Source of the DNA: Thraustochytrium aureum
Lineage: Eukaryota
Assembly (NCBI GenBank): GCA_012862495.1
Contig: BLSG01000428.1
Span: forward strand, 1 to 64,000
Length of the DNA: 64,000 bases
Reading direction: 5' to 3'
The notes under the pieces were generated by a model. That model was given only the letters and a program-made list of their open reading frames with translations. It was not told the DNA's origin and did no database searches. The translations under genes and the position numbers were made by a program. Shown one piece after another: positions 34,321 through 46,368 of this stretch (its first letter is position 1; the number at the start of each line of letters is the position of its first letter).

Positions 34321-35610
34321 GTCTGCGAGGTTGACAAGCGCGTCGCCGTGGCGCGGGTCCAACTCCAAGGCGCGCTCGTACAGCGCCCGCGCTTCGAGCG
34401 CGCTGCCGTCCACGTCGGCCAAGAGGGTGGCCAGCGCAACCATCGCATCTACGTGCGACTCGTCCTCTTCCAAGCACCGCTCGAACGAGTGCCGCGCCTT
34501 GGCAAAGCTCCCTTCGCGCTTGTGCAGGCTCCCGAGCTGGAACCAGGCCGGGGCGTACGTGCCGTCGCAGCTGTCGAGCGCCCGGTGCAGCAGCTCCAGC
34601 GCGGTAGGCGCGTCAGCACCGTCCCGAACCAGGTGTGTGGCATAGTCGGTGAGCGTCACCGGGTCCGCGGGGTTGGCCTCGAGAGACTTGGCGAAGGCCT
34701 CCGCAGCCCCGTGCGTGTCTCCGCAGTTGTCGCGCAAGATAGCGAGGTTGTACCAAGCAAATCCGTGGCCCACGTCGCAGCGCACAGCCGCCGAGTACAT
34801 CGCCTTGGCGCGCTCGGGGTCGCGCTTGGCCTCCAAGAGGACACCAAAGTTGTACAGGGTGTTGGCGTGGTCGGGGGCTATCTGGATGGCGCGCAGGTAG
34901 AGCCGCTCGGCCCGCACCGCGTCCCCGTCGACCTCGCTCAGGAAAAGGGCAAAGTTGCTCAGCGTTAGGGCGTTGTAGGGGTCGGCGCGCGCCGCACGCT
35001 CGTAGAGCTCGCGAACTCTTGCGCTGCCCGCCCCGGCCCCGTGCTCCAAGGCCGCAAGGCTGGCGAGCGCCTCGCCGTGCCCTGGGTTTGCTGCGAGGGC
35101 CATCTCCAGGCTCCTCCGCGCAGCATCTACCGACTCGGGCTTGGGCCCGCCCTGCGTCAGCATCGCTGCTCGCCGTGCATGGACAGTTGCATGGGAAGGG
35201 AACAGCTTTGTGGCTTGGGCAAAAGCCTTGCCAGCTCTCTCGTACCTCCTTCCGCGTGCGCAGATCTCAGCGGCTTCTCCGAGCGCCAGCGGGTGGCCGG
35301 CGTCGAGGTCGACGGCTCGCTTCGCGTGCGTCGCTGCTCGGTCCAGCGCGCCAGTGCGTCGCCCAACTTGGTCCTTCCAAAACCGCGCAACGAGCGCATG
35401 GACCCAGGCGTTGTCAGCGGCCAGCTTGGCTGCCAGCTTGAAGTGAGCTAGCGCGTTCTCGGCGTCCTCTTTCACGTCCCACAAGTACGCCGCGTACAAC
35501 GCGTGCTTGACGCCGTCCGAGCACCCTGGCGCCGGTTCAAGCAGAGGTCCAGCTTGCACGTCCCCGACGCGGACGCCGCGCCCGTCCGGGTCGAGGAGCA
35601 TTGTCGCCAT
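34321..35610 (-). CDS. TPR-repeat protein (3' end in gap; may be the N-terminus of the LRR/ARM/SPRY gene)
   Basis: Multiple TPRs: ALTLSNFALFL..AERLYLRAIQIAPDHANTLYNFGVLL, ARALYERALELDPRH. Confidence 0.88.
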
Positions 35611-35831
35611 TTCTCGGGCCGATCCGCTGGCGCAGCACACGCAGACCTACCAACCCGCACGTCCTGCCACTGCCGATGATCGTCGGGACCCTGCTCGGCC
35701 TGCACGCTACTCTACTGTCGAACGGATGGGGAGCAACGAACAGGTCTCTCGACGACTCCTGGCCTGTCAACACACGTCACAGACTGCAGACTACTCACTT
35801 GCAGACTACTTACACTTGCAGTCGAGCGGCG

Positions 35832-38800
35832 ATGGACGATGCGGCGGCGGCGCCGCGTGCGGAGCGCGACAGCGATTGGTGGGACCCAGCGGCGGACTCT
35901 GACGCCGCAGAACTGGCAGCCGGTTGGCGAGCACCCCGGACCTGACACTGGCGTCCTGGGTGGCGAGGACCCCGGACCTGACGGCAATCTCGGCCCCACT
36001 GCCAGAAAAACCAGAGGGTGCTGCACGCCTCGGCGAGAACAGAGCCGCGGACGCCCCCGCGCGCGCCCCCGATAACGAGGAGGAGGCAGAGCAGCTGGCG
36101 GACCCCGCTGACCTGGTAGAGCTCCCAAAGTGCGCCTGGCGCAGCAAAAGGATCGACCAAGTCGGCGCCAGCGAGCCGAGCGACGTGGACGACGAGGAAC
36201 ATGGCGAAAGCGGCTCGGATGATGGCGCCTGGCCGAGTGAGGACGAGGAGGCCGCTGCAGCGTGGAAGATGGTATGCGTCTCCGAGTCGGACAGTGACGC
36301 CGAAGTGGCTTCCGCGTTCACGGCAGGCAGCCCCAGCCCGGCCGCGACCGCGGATATTGGACCCCTCGACCGTGTTCTCTTGCTGCTCGACGAGCTGGCT
36401 CGATCCGAGAGAAATTACCTCGCCTACCTCTCCCTGGCGCGAGAGGTTTACATCGAGCCCCTCGAGGCCCGCGATCTGGCCTGGAAGCGCGAGATCGTCG
36501 CGATCCCTCAAGTCGCTGTGGTGTTCAGCTACATCTCCCAGCTGCGCTGTTTGAGCGTCGAGCTCGTCGCGAAACTCGACAAGGCTGCCCACACCGGAGC
36601 GGAGGGCAGATCTACGAGCGAACGCGTTCGCACAGCGTGCCACACCGTCACGACATTTAGCTTCATGTTTCGCCTCTATGCCCAGTACGCTGCAGTGTAC
36701 AACCGGGCGAGCTTGGCCATGGCCGCCTTTCAGCAACGCGTCAAACCCTTTGCGGACTTCGTCCTCATGAGCCAACCGAAAGCGCAAGGAAACCACCTCG
36801 AGTCGCTCCTCATCATGCCCGTCCAGCGCTTGCCACGCTACGAGATGTTTCTGCAGCAAATCCACACAGAGATCTGTTTGGCTCACGAAGCGGGGGACGA
36901 ATCAGCCCTGGCCACCGCCTTTGCCCCCGACAGCAAGTTGGTTGCCGAGGTCGCAACCGCCCTCGACCGCGTCAAGACTGCAAACGTGTTTGTCAATGAA
37001 GCAATAAGGGGGGAAGAGCAGCGCCAAGAACTCGTCGAGCTCCAGCGCCGCTTCGACCGGAAGGGACGGCCAGACCTCGTCTCTGGCCACGTGCGCGGTC
37101 GGCGCCTGCGAAAGGCAGGTCGCGTTGTGAAGGCAAGTCGCGGGGGGACAAAGCTCGAGGAGCTGGAGTTGGCCCTGTTCACGGACATGCTCATTTATTC
37201 GTCCGCGCGAAAGGCGCGCCGCGGATTGCCAAAGGCGCACAGGAGCACCAAGCTGGACATCGTCGAGGGCGAGTCGAGCGCTGCGCCGGAGCCGCCTCGC
37301 TCGCTACGGCTGCGCAGAGTTTTGTACCCCAAAGACATGCAGCCTAGCGAAACGGTGCAAAGAACCGACATGCTTGCGCTACTTCCAAGCGCTCTAACGG
37401 AGGAGGACGTCGACGAAGCGATCCTGCGCGCCGAGGCCGCCATTTCCTCGGCGACAAACCTGCCGGCCTCTGCAGATCTCCGGTTCTACATCAGGACGCC
37501 GTCCAAGCTCATCGAGCTTTACGCTGCTTCCAAGCGCGAGCGTGACGATTGGCTTGCCGAGCTCAAGCTCCTCTGTGGTGGCCAGGCGGGTGAAGTTGCC
37601 CAACGAGGGCCTCAGGCTGAGCAGCCGTCCGCGCCCGACGCAGGAGCCACTTTCGACGACCGAAGCAGCGAAGCCGGGTCCGACAGCGCCCCGCCGCTTC
37701 CCCCAAAGTCTGCCACCCTCCTCAAGCTGTCCGGGGGAGTTGCACAGCCTCCACTGAGCGGCCACGCCAGCACCGCGCAAGGTCCAGAGACCTCTTTGGC
37801 AGACGAACGCCCAGCCATGGTTGTCGGATTTGACGACTACGCCCGATTCTGGTTGCCAGACGAGGCCGTACTTGGGGCAAGCCACCCCGCCGAGGACGGT
37901 GCGACGGACGCGGCAGCGCACGAGCGCGATGCTACGCGAGCTCGAATTGCAAGAGCACTGTTCAAGAACGAGCAGGCGTATGCCAGCGAGTTTGACACAC
38001 TCGTAAACGCGTTCGTGAGGCCGATGCTCGACTTTGCGGACGGCGCCCAGTTGCGGAATCCTACCCGAAGCGACGCCAAACAGACGCAAGGCCAGGACCG
38101 CGCACGGGAGGAGTTGCGCGACCCAGACGTCGCAGTCGCATTCCACGCCTTGATGCAGCTCCAAGTGCTGCACCGCGGGGTCGTCGAGCGCCTCGCTGGT
38201 GATTCGGAACTTGGCTTGAGTCTGCCTCGAACGCGACCCTCGCTCCCACCGGGCCCGTTTCGGACACAATCGAGATGCTTGTCCCACTGCTAGGGCTCTA
38301 CACGGTATTCGTGGAGAGGAGTGACAAAGTAGCAAGCAAGCTCGGCCAGCCTGATCTCGCGAGCCTTCGGCACTCGTGCGAGCGCAACGAACTGTGCAAA
38401 GGTCGGCACATGACAGACTTTTTTCGCCTTCCCCTGTCGCGGCTCAAGTACTACCAGGCCACCGTGCAAGGCTTGCTCAACTGCACGAGCGAAGATCACC
38501 CCGAGTACCAATCTCTCCGAGCAAGCGCAGAAAAGCTGGAAGACGTCATTGCGGGCGTCGGTGACGCAACCGCACGCAAGGCGAATTTGGACGCTCTGCT
38601 CCGCATTCAAGGCCAGCTCGGCCCTTCTGGGCTTGGGCCGCTCAACCGTCTCCTCTACACTGGCGACGAGACGCGCCAGCACTCCGGATGGGTCCGCCTC
38701 TTGACCCTCGGTCGCGGCAAGCGCATCCCGGAGCTTGTCGACCCCGCTCGCAGGCTCTTGAGGGAAGGCATGCTGCTTCGCGTCCGCACGAAATCCCGGC

Positions 38801-38979
38801 CCCGGCGCTACATGTTTTGGCTCTTCACGGACTGCCTCGTGTACGCCACCGAAGCGGCACTTTCCAAGAGCGCTGCGGGCCCGCGCTACCGCTTCCGCCG
38901 CCTCGTCCGCCTCTCGGAGTGCTTCGCCGTGGCTTCGTCGGACGCCCCGCCCGGCCCCGTCACTTCCAAGACTTCCCAT
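35832..38979 (+). CDS. RhoGEF with two tandem DH-PH units (frameshifts near 35920 and 38250; 3' end in gap)
   Basis: DH1: ELARSERNYL...LESLLIMPVQRLPRYEMFL. PH1: LFTDML...ERDDWLAEL. DH2: LFKNEQAY...LPLSRLKYY...DHPEY. PH2: LLREGML...WLFTDCLVYA. Confidence 0.88.
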
Positions 38980-39654
38980 NNNNNNNNNNNNNNNNNNNNN
39001 NNNNNNNNNNNNNNNNNNNNNNNNNNNNNNNNNNNNNNNNNNNNNNNNNNNNNNNNNNNNNNNNNNNNNNNNNNNNNNNNNNNNNNNNNNNNNNNNNNNN
39101 NNNNNNNNNNNNNNNNNNNNNNNNNNNNNNNNNNNNNNNNNNNNNNNNNNNNNNNNNNNNNNNNNNNNNNNNNNNNNNNNNNNNNNNNNNNNNNNNNNNN
39201 NNNNNNNNNNNNNNNNNNNNNNNNNNNNNNNNNNNNNNNNNNNNNNNNNNNNNNNNNNNNNNNNNNNNNNNNNNNNNNNNNNNNNNNNNNNNNNNNNNNN
39301 NNNNNNNNNNNNNNNNNNNNNNNNNNNNNNNNNNNNNNNNNNNNNNNNNNNNNNNNNNNNNNNNNNNNNNNNNNNNNNNNNNNNNNNNNNNNNNNNNNNN
39401 NNNNNNNNNNNNNNNNNNNNNNNNNNNNNNNNNNNNNNNNNNNNNNNNNNNCCCCAGATGTGCCTCAGTCCGTCCAGCTGTCCTCGTGCCCTCTTGGCGC
39501 TCGGACTCGGAGCGCTCGCTGGCCGCCGAGTCGCCAATTTCACGTAGTAGCTCGAGAGCAGCAGAGGTTGTGGTGCGCGAAGGCGGCAAGCAGGTCCAGG
39601 TCTCTCTTTACGACCGACTCGGAGCGGCGGTTGTGCCGCAGCAGGCGCTGCAGT

Positions 39655-40800
39655 ATGTCTGCCGCGGCAGTGGGTGCGCGGCGGAGAGCCGCCAAGGGCG
39701 CGGCGCCGACTGCCGCGACGGAGAGCGAGCCCGCCGACGTCGACGCAGCGATGGCCGCTGCGGCGAACGAGATTGAGCAGTTCGTTGCTGGCAAGTTCAA
39801 CGAGTGGCAGCTGCGATGGTACCGGGGCGTCCTCCGCAAGACGGTCGGCTGGGCCTCCATCTTCTTGACGGTGTTCTGGGTGGCCATTTCCCGCGCTGAC
39901 GACCCCGAGATCCCCCCCTTTGACCCAGACGAGCACTGGCGCGTCTGGCTCACGGCAGGCGGTGCGGTGCTGAGCTGGATTACCATCTACTGCGACTTGT
40001 ACCGAGCGACCCCTCCCGAGCGGGAGGATCCCAAGCGGCACCTTTTGGAGGGCAACTTCAACGGGCACTTCTCCTACCTGACATTCTACATCATTTTCTC
40101 CTTCACCGTGTACTGGACGACCTGTCTAGTTGCAGAGGTGGCTTGGCTGTGGGGGTACACGCACGGCGAGGCGATGCCGAATTCGCGCAAGCTGTTGAAG
40201 TTTGTTTACTCGGGTGCCACGCTAGTTGGGGCGATGGGAGTCACGCTGGCCATCTTGTTCCTCAAGTTCAACTGGTTCGAGCCCAACTGGCGTCGCGAAG
40301 TCTTGGAGACCTATCACTCGCGCGGCCACGTCTGGTTTGGGCCACAGATTCTCTTCACCCACGTAAGTTTTTCGTTGCACGAAACGGCTCGAGAACGGGA
40401 AGGGTGCGCGGCGTGCTTTTCCCGACTTCCAAATCGTGCAAGACGTCCTGCGCTTGTGCTAACACACGTGAGTGAACTGCAGCTCAACCAAACGCCGCTC
40501 TCTGTTCTCGACGTGACCTTGATCAAAAACCGGGCGCTCCTTTCCAGCCACACGCCCGAGTTTGTCGTCCTGGGGGCAATCATAGGCGCATTTGGGCTCT
40601 ACTACATAGGGTCGACGCACGTCAACTTTTTCCTCAGCGGGCACTATCCGTACCCGTTCTTTCGGAAGATCCTCGGAACCACCTGGAGCCTCGAGATAGC
40701 GTTTGTTGGCGGCATCATCTTGTTTTTCAACCTCATGGCGGCGATTATGTACGCACTGGCGACCGCGCAGCTTCCCACGGCGTTCTTCTGGGACGTGTAG
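39655..40800 (+). CDS. FAR-17a/AIG1-like multi-pass membrane protein (putative Thr/His hydrolase); intron 40363-40482
   Basis: GHFSYLT, a conserved His (ILFTH), YPYPFF and several TM segments. GTAAGT...CTAAC...CAG intron. Confidence 0.75.
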   Translation: MSAAAVGARRRAAKGAAPTAATESEPADVDAAMAAAANEIEQFVAGKFNEWQLRWYRGVLRKTVGWASIFLTVFWVAISRADDPEIPPFDPDEHWRVWLTAGGAVLSWITIYCDLYRATPPEREDPKRHLLEGNFNGHFSYLTFYIIFSFTVYWTTCLVAEVAWLWGYTHGEAMPNSRKLLKFVYSGATLVGAMGVTLAILFLKFNWFEPNWRREVLETYHSRGHVWFGPQILFTHVSFSLHETAREREGCAACFSRLPNRARRPALVLTHVSELQLNQTPLSVLDVTLIKNRALLSSHTPEFVVLGAIIGAFGLYYIGSTHVNFFLSGHYPYPFFRKILGTTWSLEIAFVGGIILFFNLMAAIMYALATAQLPTAFFWDV

Positions 40801-41085
40801 CGAGTTGCGAGCGCCACGCCGCCTTCTTCGCAGCTTGGTCGAGCAGGGCGACTTGCTTGCGTTGGTGCGGTCGCAGCCCAGCCCGAAGGCTCTGGCGTCC
40901 TTTCCCTCCATCGCTATGCAACGGCTTGCTGCTTTTTCACCTGGCTGGCGCCATGGAGCGCGATCAAAAAAGTAACAGCTTCAGCTATCTTCGGCGCCTG
41001 GCGGCAGCTCTCGAGCTTGAGCTTGCGGCGCCTCAATGTAGCAAGCTTGCAGAGAAGGGACCTTTGCCGCCTCGAGCGCCTTCAC

Positions 41086-41783
41086 CTACCAATCTGCAAA
41101 AGGATCTTGATCCCCTAGCTTCGGTCCTCCGTCGAGCGTGGCCGACCCCGCGCCGTGCAGCGCCACTTGCGCCGAGGGCGAGCGGCTCTCCGCGAACCAT
41201 GCATGCCCCTCGAGCTTGTCTGCTGCGAGCCGCGATCCTGGTTCTTGCTGCAACAGCGCATGGACCAGCGACCGCGGGGCTGCGTCGAGCTTTCGTAGCG
41301 CCTCTTGGCTCATTCCAGTTTGCACTTGTCTCTTGGTGAGCGCTTCGTCGGCTTTGCTTCGCACGTAGGGAAACGGAGGCACGCCCAGGAGCATTTCAAC
41401 GACGAGCACGCCAAGGCTCCAAAGGTCGACAGCGAGGCCATGCGGCTCCCCCTTGCAAACCTCTGGTGGCATGTGATGGCCGACGCCAACAAGCGTGTCT
41501 GTCCTCGCAGATTGGGCACCAGCCCCGATCAGCTTCGCGCGCCCGAAATCGAACACGACGCACCGGCCTTGCGCGTCGAGCGCGACGTTGTTTGCTTTCA
41601 AGTCGCGGTGGACCCAGCCCTTGCCGTGCATGTACGCTATCGCGGAAGCAAGTTGCACGCAAAACTCGCGCGCTCGCGGCACTGCCAAGGGGCTTTGCCG
41701 TATGAGCTCATGCAGGCCTTGCCCTGGAACGAGATCGAGGATAAAGTAGAGGCTCTCGCCGTCTTTGCACGCGCCATGGAATC
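41086..41783 (-). CDS. Ser/Thr protein kinase (AGC-like), C-lobe only; N-terminus in gap
   Basis: LYFILD, HRDLKANN, DFG, PPE, DLWSLGV, LLGVPPF. Confidence 0.88.
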
Positions 41784-42239
41784 NNNNNNNNNNNNNNNNN
41801 NNNNNNNNNNNNNNNNNNNNNNNNNNNNNNNNNNNNNNNNNNNNNNNNNNNNNNNNNNNNNNNNNNNNNNNNNNNNNNNNNNNNNNNNNNNNNNNNNNNN
41901 NNNNNNNNNNNNNNNNNNNNNNNNNNNNNNNNNNNNNNNNNNNNNNNNNNNNNNNNNNNNNNNNNNNNNNNNNNNNNNNNNNNNNNNNNNNNNNNNNNNN
42001 NNNNNNNNNNNNNNNNNNNNNNNNNNNNNNNNNNNNNNNNNNNNNNNNNNNNNNNNNNNNNNNNNNNNNNNNNNNNNNNNNNNNNNNNNNNNNNNNNNNN
42101 NNNNNNNNNNNNNNNNNNNNNNNNNNNNNNNNNNNNNNNNNNNNNNNNNNNNNNNNNNNNNNNNNNNNNNNNNNNNNNNNNNNNNNNNNNNNNNNNNNNN
42201 NNNNNNNNNNNNNNNNNNNNNNNNNNNNNNNNNNNNNNN

Positions 42240-45200
42240 CTTGTTTGGTTCCCATGTGGAGCTCGGCGCAGCGCGCGTTCTGGTTGGCCCAGTCGTGGGC
42301 AAAGTCACCGACTCGTCGGCTCGCATTCTCATCGAGGTCGACCGCGACGCGCAAATCAGCATGCACGTTTGCCTCCTGGACGCGAGCTGCCCAGGCGGGC
42401 GCCAGATCGCCTGCGTGCCGCAGCAGTTCCAGGGGCGGCGGCCGGGGGTTTTCCATCTTGAAGGGCTCCCGCAGGGCACGCGATTCCACATTGCTTTTGG
42501 CGGCGTGACGCAAGCGGAGGCGCTCAGGGGCACTGCAAGCTTTCGCACTGCGCATCCAGCTCACCGCCTCCGTGTTGCGAGCGTGTGTGGTCACTCTCCT
42601 GGCAGAGCCAGACGAAGGCTGACGCAAAAACCGCCTGGACTGCGCTTCGCGACCGCGTCGAAGCGAGGCAACTCGACATGGTCTTGCACCTCGGTGGCCA
42701 AGTGGACCTCCGCGACTCGTTGCGACGTGGCGCCATCCTCCTTGCTCGGGCCCAGGGGAGCGCGTCCTCGCCCACCGCGGGGGCCTTGGAGGAGATTGAA
42801 GAAGCTATTTGCGAGCAATTTCGAGCCGCCTACAGGCTCGCGTGGAATTTGCCATCGGTTGCGAGCGTTCTCGCCAACTGCAGCAACCTCATGATCTGGG
42901 GTGATCTTGAAATGCATTGCCAACCCTCGCGAAGCACCCTAAAGGCCCCGGCGCGTGGAGGCGAGCTCTGCAAGCCAAGCGAGTCTGGGGTTGGTCCCTT
43001 CTACCCACCTAGGCTTCTTGTTCTCGCGCAGCGAATCTACCGCGAGTACCAACGAGCGCTCTGGGACCCGCGCGCCGCGGAGGACCTCGTGTGGGGCCCG
43101 GATGGGGCCGGGAATGAGGAGGCTTTCTACTCGCGCATCAACCGGGACGTTGGGGTTTTATTTCTTGACTCAAGGGGAAGCCAGTTCAAGCCCGATGGGT
43201 CGCCCTCGCCGTGGCCAGGGCAGGCGCTTATTTCTGCCCACCAATGGGCGTTTGTCAAGACCGTTTTGAAGGACAACCAGGATCTTGGTGTGTTGATTGT
43301 TGCAACAGACCGCCCGATCGTTCCCTTTGGGTCCCCTCCGGCTAGACTTGAGGATGCTTTTGACCACTGGGCGTCAAACCCGGAGGGGCGCGCCATGCTT
43401 TTGACCCTGTTGTTTTCGTGGAGAAGCGACGCGCGAGTCGTGCTCCTTTGCGGGACAGGACCGCACGACGAAGCTGCCGAGACGCTCCTAGCGCCTCATG
43501 GGGACTCGTGGCCAAGAAAAGAGATTGCGCAGATAGCGGCTCCGACACTCACTGCCTGCTATCCGCGATCGCGCCCTGCGTGCAGTGCGGAGGACGCCAA
43601 GCAGGGCGAACTCGAGCTGCCACCCATCCTTCGTGACGAAGACGAGGAGGTTCACCAGGGCGGCTCGCTTACGTCCGTCTCGTTTCGACATCGGGGCCCG
43701 AAGGGTTTACTTGCTGCGGTATGTGGCGCAGATTTCGACGGCTTCGGCAATGTTCAGGTCGCGGAGGGTCAGCTGAGCAAGGCGAGGCTTTCTATTGCTC
43801 AAACCGCCAAGCGCCGCCGCCCAGGGTGATCCTCGGGCCCGTCATCGGAGCCGTGTCGCACTGCTCGGCGGTCGTCATGGTTGAGGTTAGCGCCAACTGC
43901 AGTTTGACGTGTCGGCTGCGCGACACGCTTAGCGGTCGGGATGTCTCCGAGTCGGTTCTTGTGGCGCTTGCGAACCGCGCCACGCGCTTCGCGTTCCAAG
44001 GGTGTCTCGAGCCAGACACTCTGTATTCTGTCTCAATTGACGCTCTTGACGGGCAGCTTGAGGCGTTGGGGCGGCGCGCAAGCCTCCACACGCTCCCGTC
44101 CCCGCTCCATTCACGGCTTCTGGTCGAGCACCGTGTGCACGTGGCCGCCGCCTGTGGCGAGGTTCTTGCAAAGCGCCCAGTGGGCAGTAACGAGGCTTGG
44201 GGAGCCGTCGCTCGGCAACTGGGCAGATGCGCCGCTGTAGGGGAGCCAGCGATCGTGGTTCGCCTCGGCGGCCAAGTTGACCTCGAAACAGCGGAGGAGG
44301 AGCTGCGAGCGATTGTGCGAACGTGCTCGCAGGGCCTCCGCCCAGGTGACTTGGATCCCGCCAGTCTTGGGGCAGTGCAGGAGCGCATTGCGGCGGCTAT
44401 AAGAAACGTGTACCGCAGCGCTTGGACGTCGCCAACGACGGCGCGCCTGCTTGCCACGACTCCGAGCGTGTTCCTCCCCAGTGGCGCTGACGTGGAGCCG
44501 CCGCGTTGCTTCGTTGAGGTCGCCGAGCTTGTACCGTGGCGGTCTACGATCCAGGCCGTTGCAGAGCAGCTTGCTCACGAGTACCAGGTCGCCCTCAATG
44601 CAACCGACGTGAGGCCAGCTGTGTCTTCAGAGCACGCCAACGTCGCACTCTGCCAGTTTCTCGGCCTTGTCCAACTGGGCGGGTGTGCTGGGGCAGTCCT
44701 TTTGAGCTCTGCGCTGCAGCCGGGAGGACGGGACACAGTGCCAATGCTCTCCACCGCCGATTGGGTCTTGCTGGATCGCGCAATACGTAGCGACGCCCAA
44801 GACCTGCGAACGCTCCTCGTGATCACTGGGTCCCCCGTCGTTGACGACTCGCCGTCCGATGCCAAGGCGAAGGCTTGCCAGCCAAGCCTCGGCCGCCTCG
44901 ACGTAACTCGGGGCTGGCCATTTCACGCCGAGGAGTGCGCTCGGCTCCTCGACTTGGTCTTTGCCTGGAAGGCGGAAAAGGCTGGGCGCGAGGTCACCTT
45001 GGTCACGCAACGTCCAGACTGCTCGATGACCACCGCAATCATGCACGGTTCTGCAGAGCCTCGCGTTGTCGTGCAGCAACTGTGCGTGGGTCCCAGTCTT
45101 GGCTCACGGGACCTACCTTTCCTGGAGCGTGGAACCGTCGCGGACCCCGTCCAAGTTGGGGCTTCCGTCGAGGCACCACAATACACCTTTGTGCATACCA

Positions 45201-46102
45201 AGTGCGCGGAGACGAACGAGGGGCTTGTTGCCTTTGCCCGTGTTGGCAGCGCTCGGCTTGACGGCGTTTGCGAAACAGAAATTGCGTTTTGCGCAACTGG
45301 AAATGACGACGACTCTGGCGAGGCTGCTCTCCCCGCCTTGCCCGCGTGGGCGCTCGGAGTGCTTGCCGCGGGGGAGCGAAGCAAGCAAAACCGCCTCGCT
45401 CGAGCAAAGTCGCTCAGCGTTCAACAGGATGCCCGCCAGCGCCGTGATCGGAGCGAGAACGAGATAAGGACGGCGTACCCGAACATGTCGTTCCCGGAAA
45501 AGGAGGCGAGAGCAACAAGCGGCACAGATTCCTTCGGGCGCGAAGAGGAGAGCCTGGGCGAGCTGGAGCCTGGAAACTCAAAGCAATCGCTCCCGCCGCT
45601 CCCGCCCAGCAGAAACGCTCCGGATGGCTCCGAAGAGGGCACCATGCACTTCCCCAGGCCCCTGCTGCGTTGGTTAGACCTCGACTTGTCGGTGTATGGG
45701 CCAGGTGTGGCGTCTGCGCTTGCGGAGTGGGAGCAGGTGATTTCGTCGGAAGATCCCAAGTCGCAGTACAAGGCCGCCCTCGAGGCGAGCTACTCGCGCT
45801 TCGCAGTTGAAGGAGAGGGTGTCCCGTACGCGCAAGTCGGAGCAATGGCGTCGGATCTGTTTCTGCGCAGCGCTCCAGACCCCGTTCAGGCACTATGCCT
45901 CCCAGGAGACCAACCCTTGACAGGGAAGAGCAGACTCATTGAATTGGTCACGTTTGCCGTGCTAAAGCGGCGTTGGGACGCGGCTGCCGACAGGACCACC
46001 GTGTTTTCACCTGTCCCGTTTGCTCAAATAGGGCCGATCTGCGCGGCGGTTGGCGCTCTTGCAATCTTGGCCGCTCCAAACGTGGCTGCAAGGCATCTGT
46101 AG
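42240..46102 (+). CDS. Protein with two degenerate PhoD-like (alkaline phosphatase D) units; frameshifts near 42600 and 43800; start in gap
   Basis: Twice-repeated GPV(V/I)G.V....A..(I/V)EV N-module and (H/R)LGGQVD. Also YR.AW, LMIWGDLE, FLDSRG, DHW. Confidence 0.75.
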
Positions 46103-46368
46103 CAAACCTACCTTCGACGAAGATTCATGTGTTGTTGGTGGTTTTAAAACTTCGGCGAAGAGGCTAGACAACCTGCAACGGGAAGTCCCTGCGCACGGCA
46201 GAAGACCCCCGGCCGGTTCAATAGGAACCGGAATCTCAACCAAAGTTTGAAGATGGCGAAGAGCATGACGAATGGTGGCTATCCGACGTCGGCTTGGCGA
46301 TCACGCGATCTGTTTCTAAATGGTGGCCGCAACAACAAGGTGCAGACAGAATCACCCATAGGGGCAGC

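Noticed and set aside
28801..35640. The 2279-aa ORF taken as a proven single protein, and other long ORFs spanning Ns
   Set aside because: Frame continuity across estimated gaps is meaningless.
38275..40800. Apparent RhoGEF-AIG1 fusion ORF (841 aa)
   Set aside because: The parts are joined only through a gap, and the membrane protein has its own ATG at 39655.
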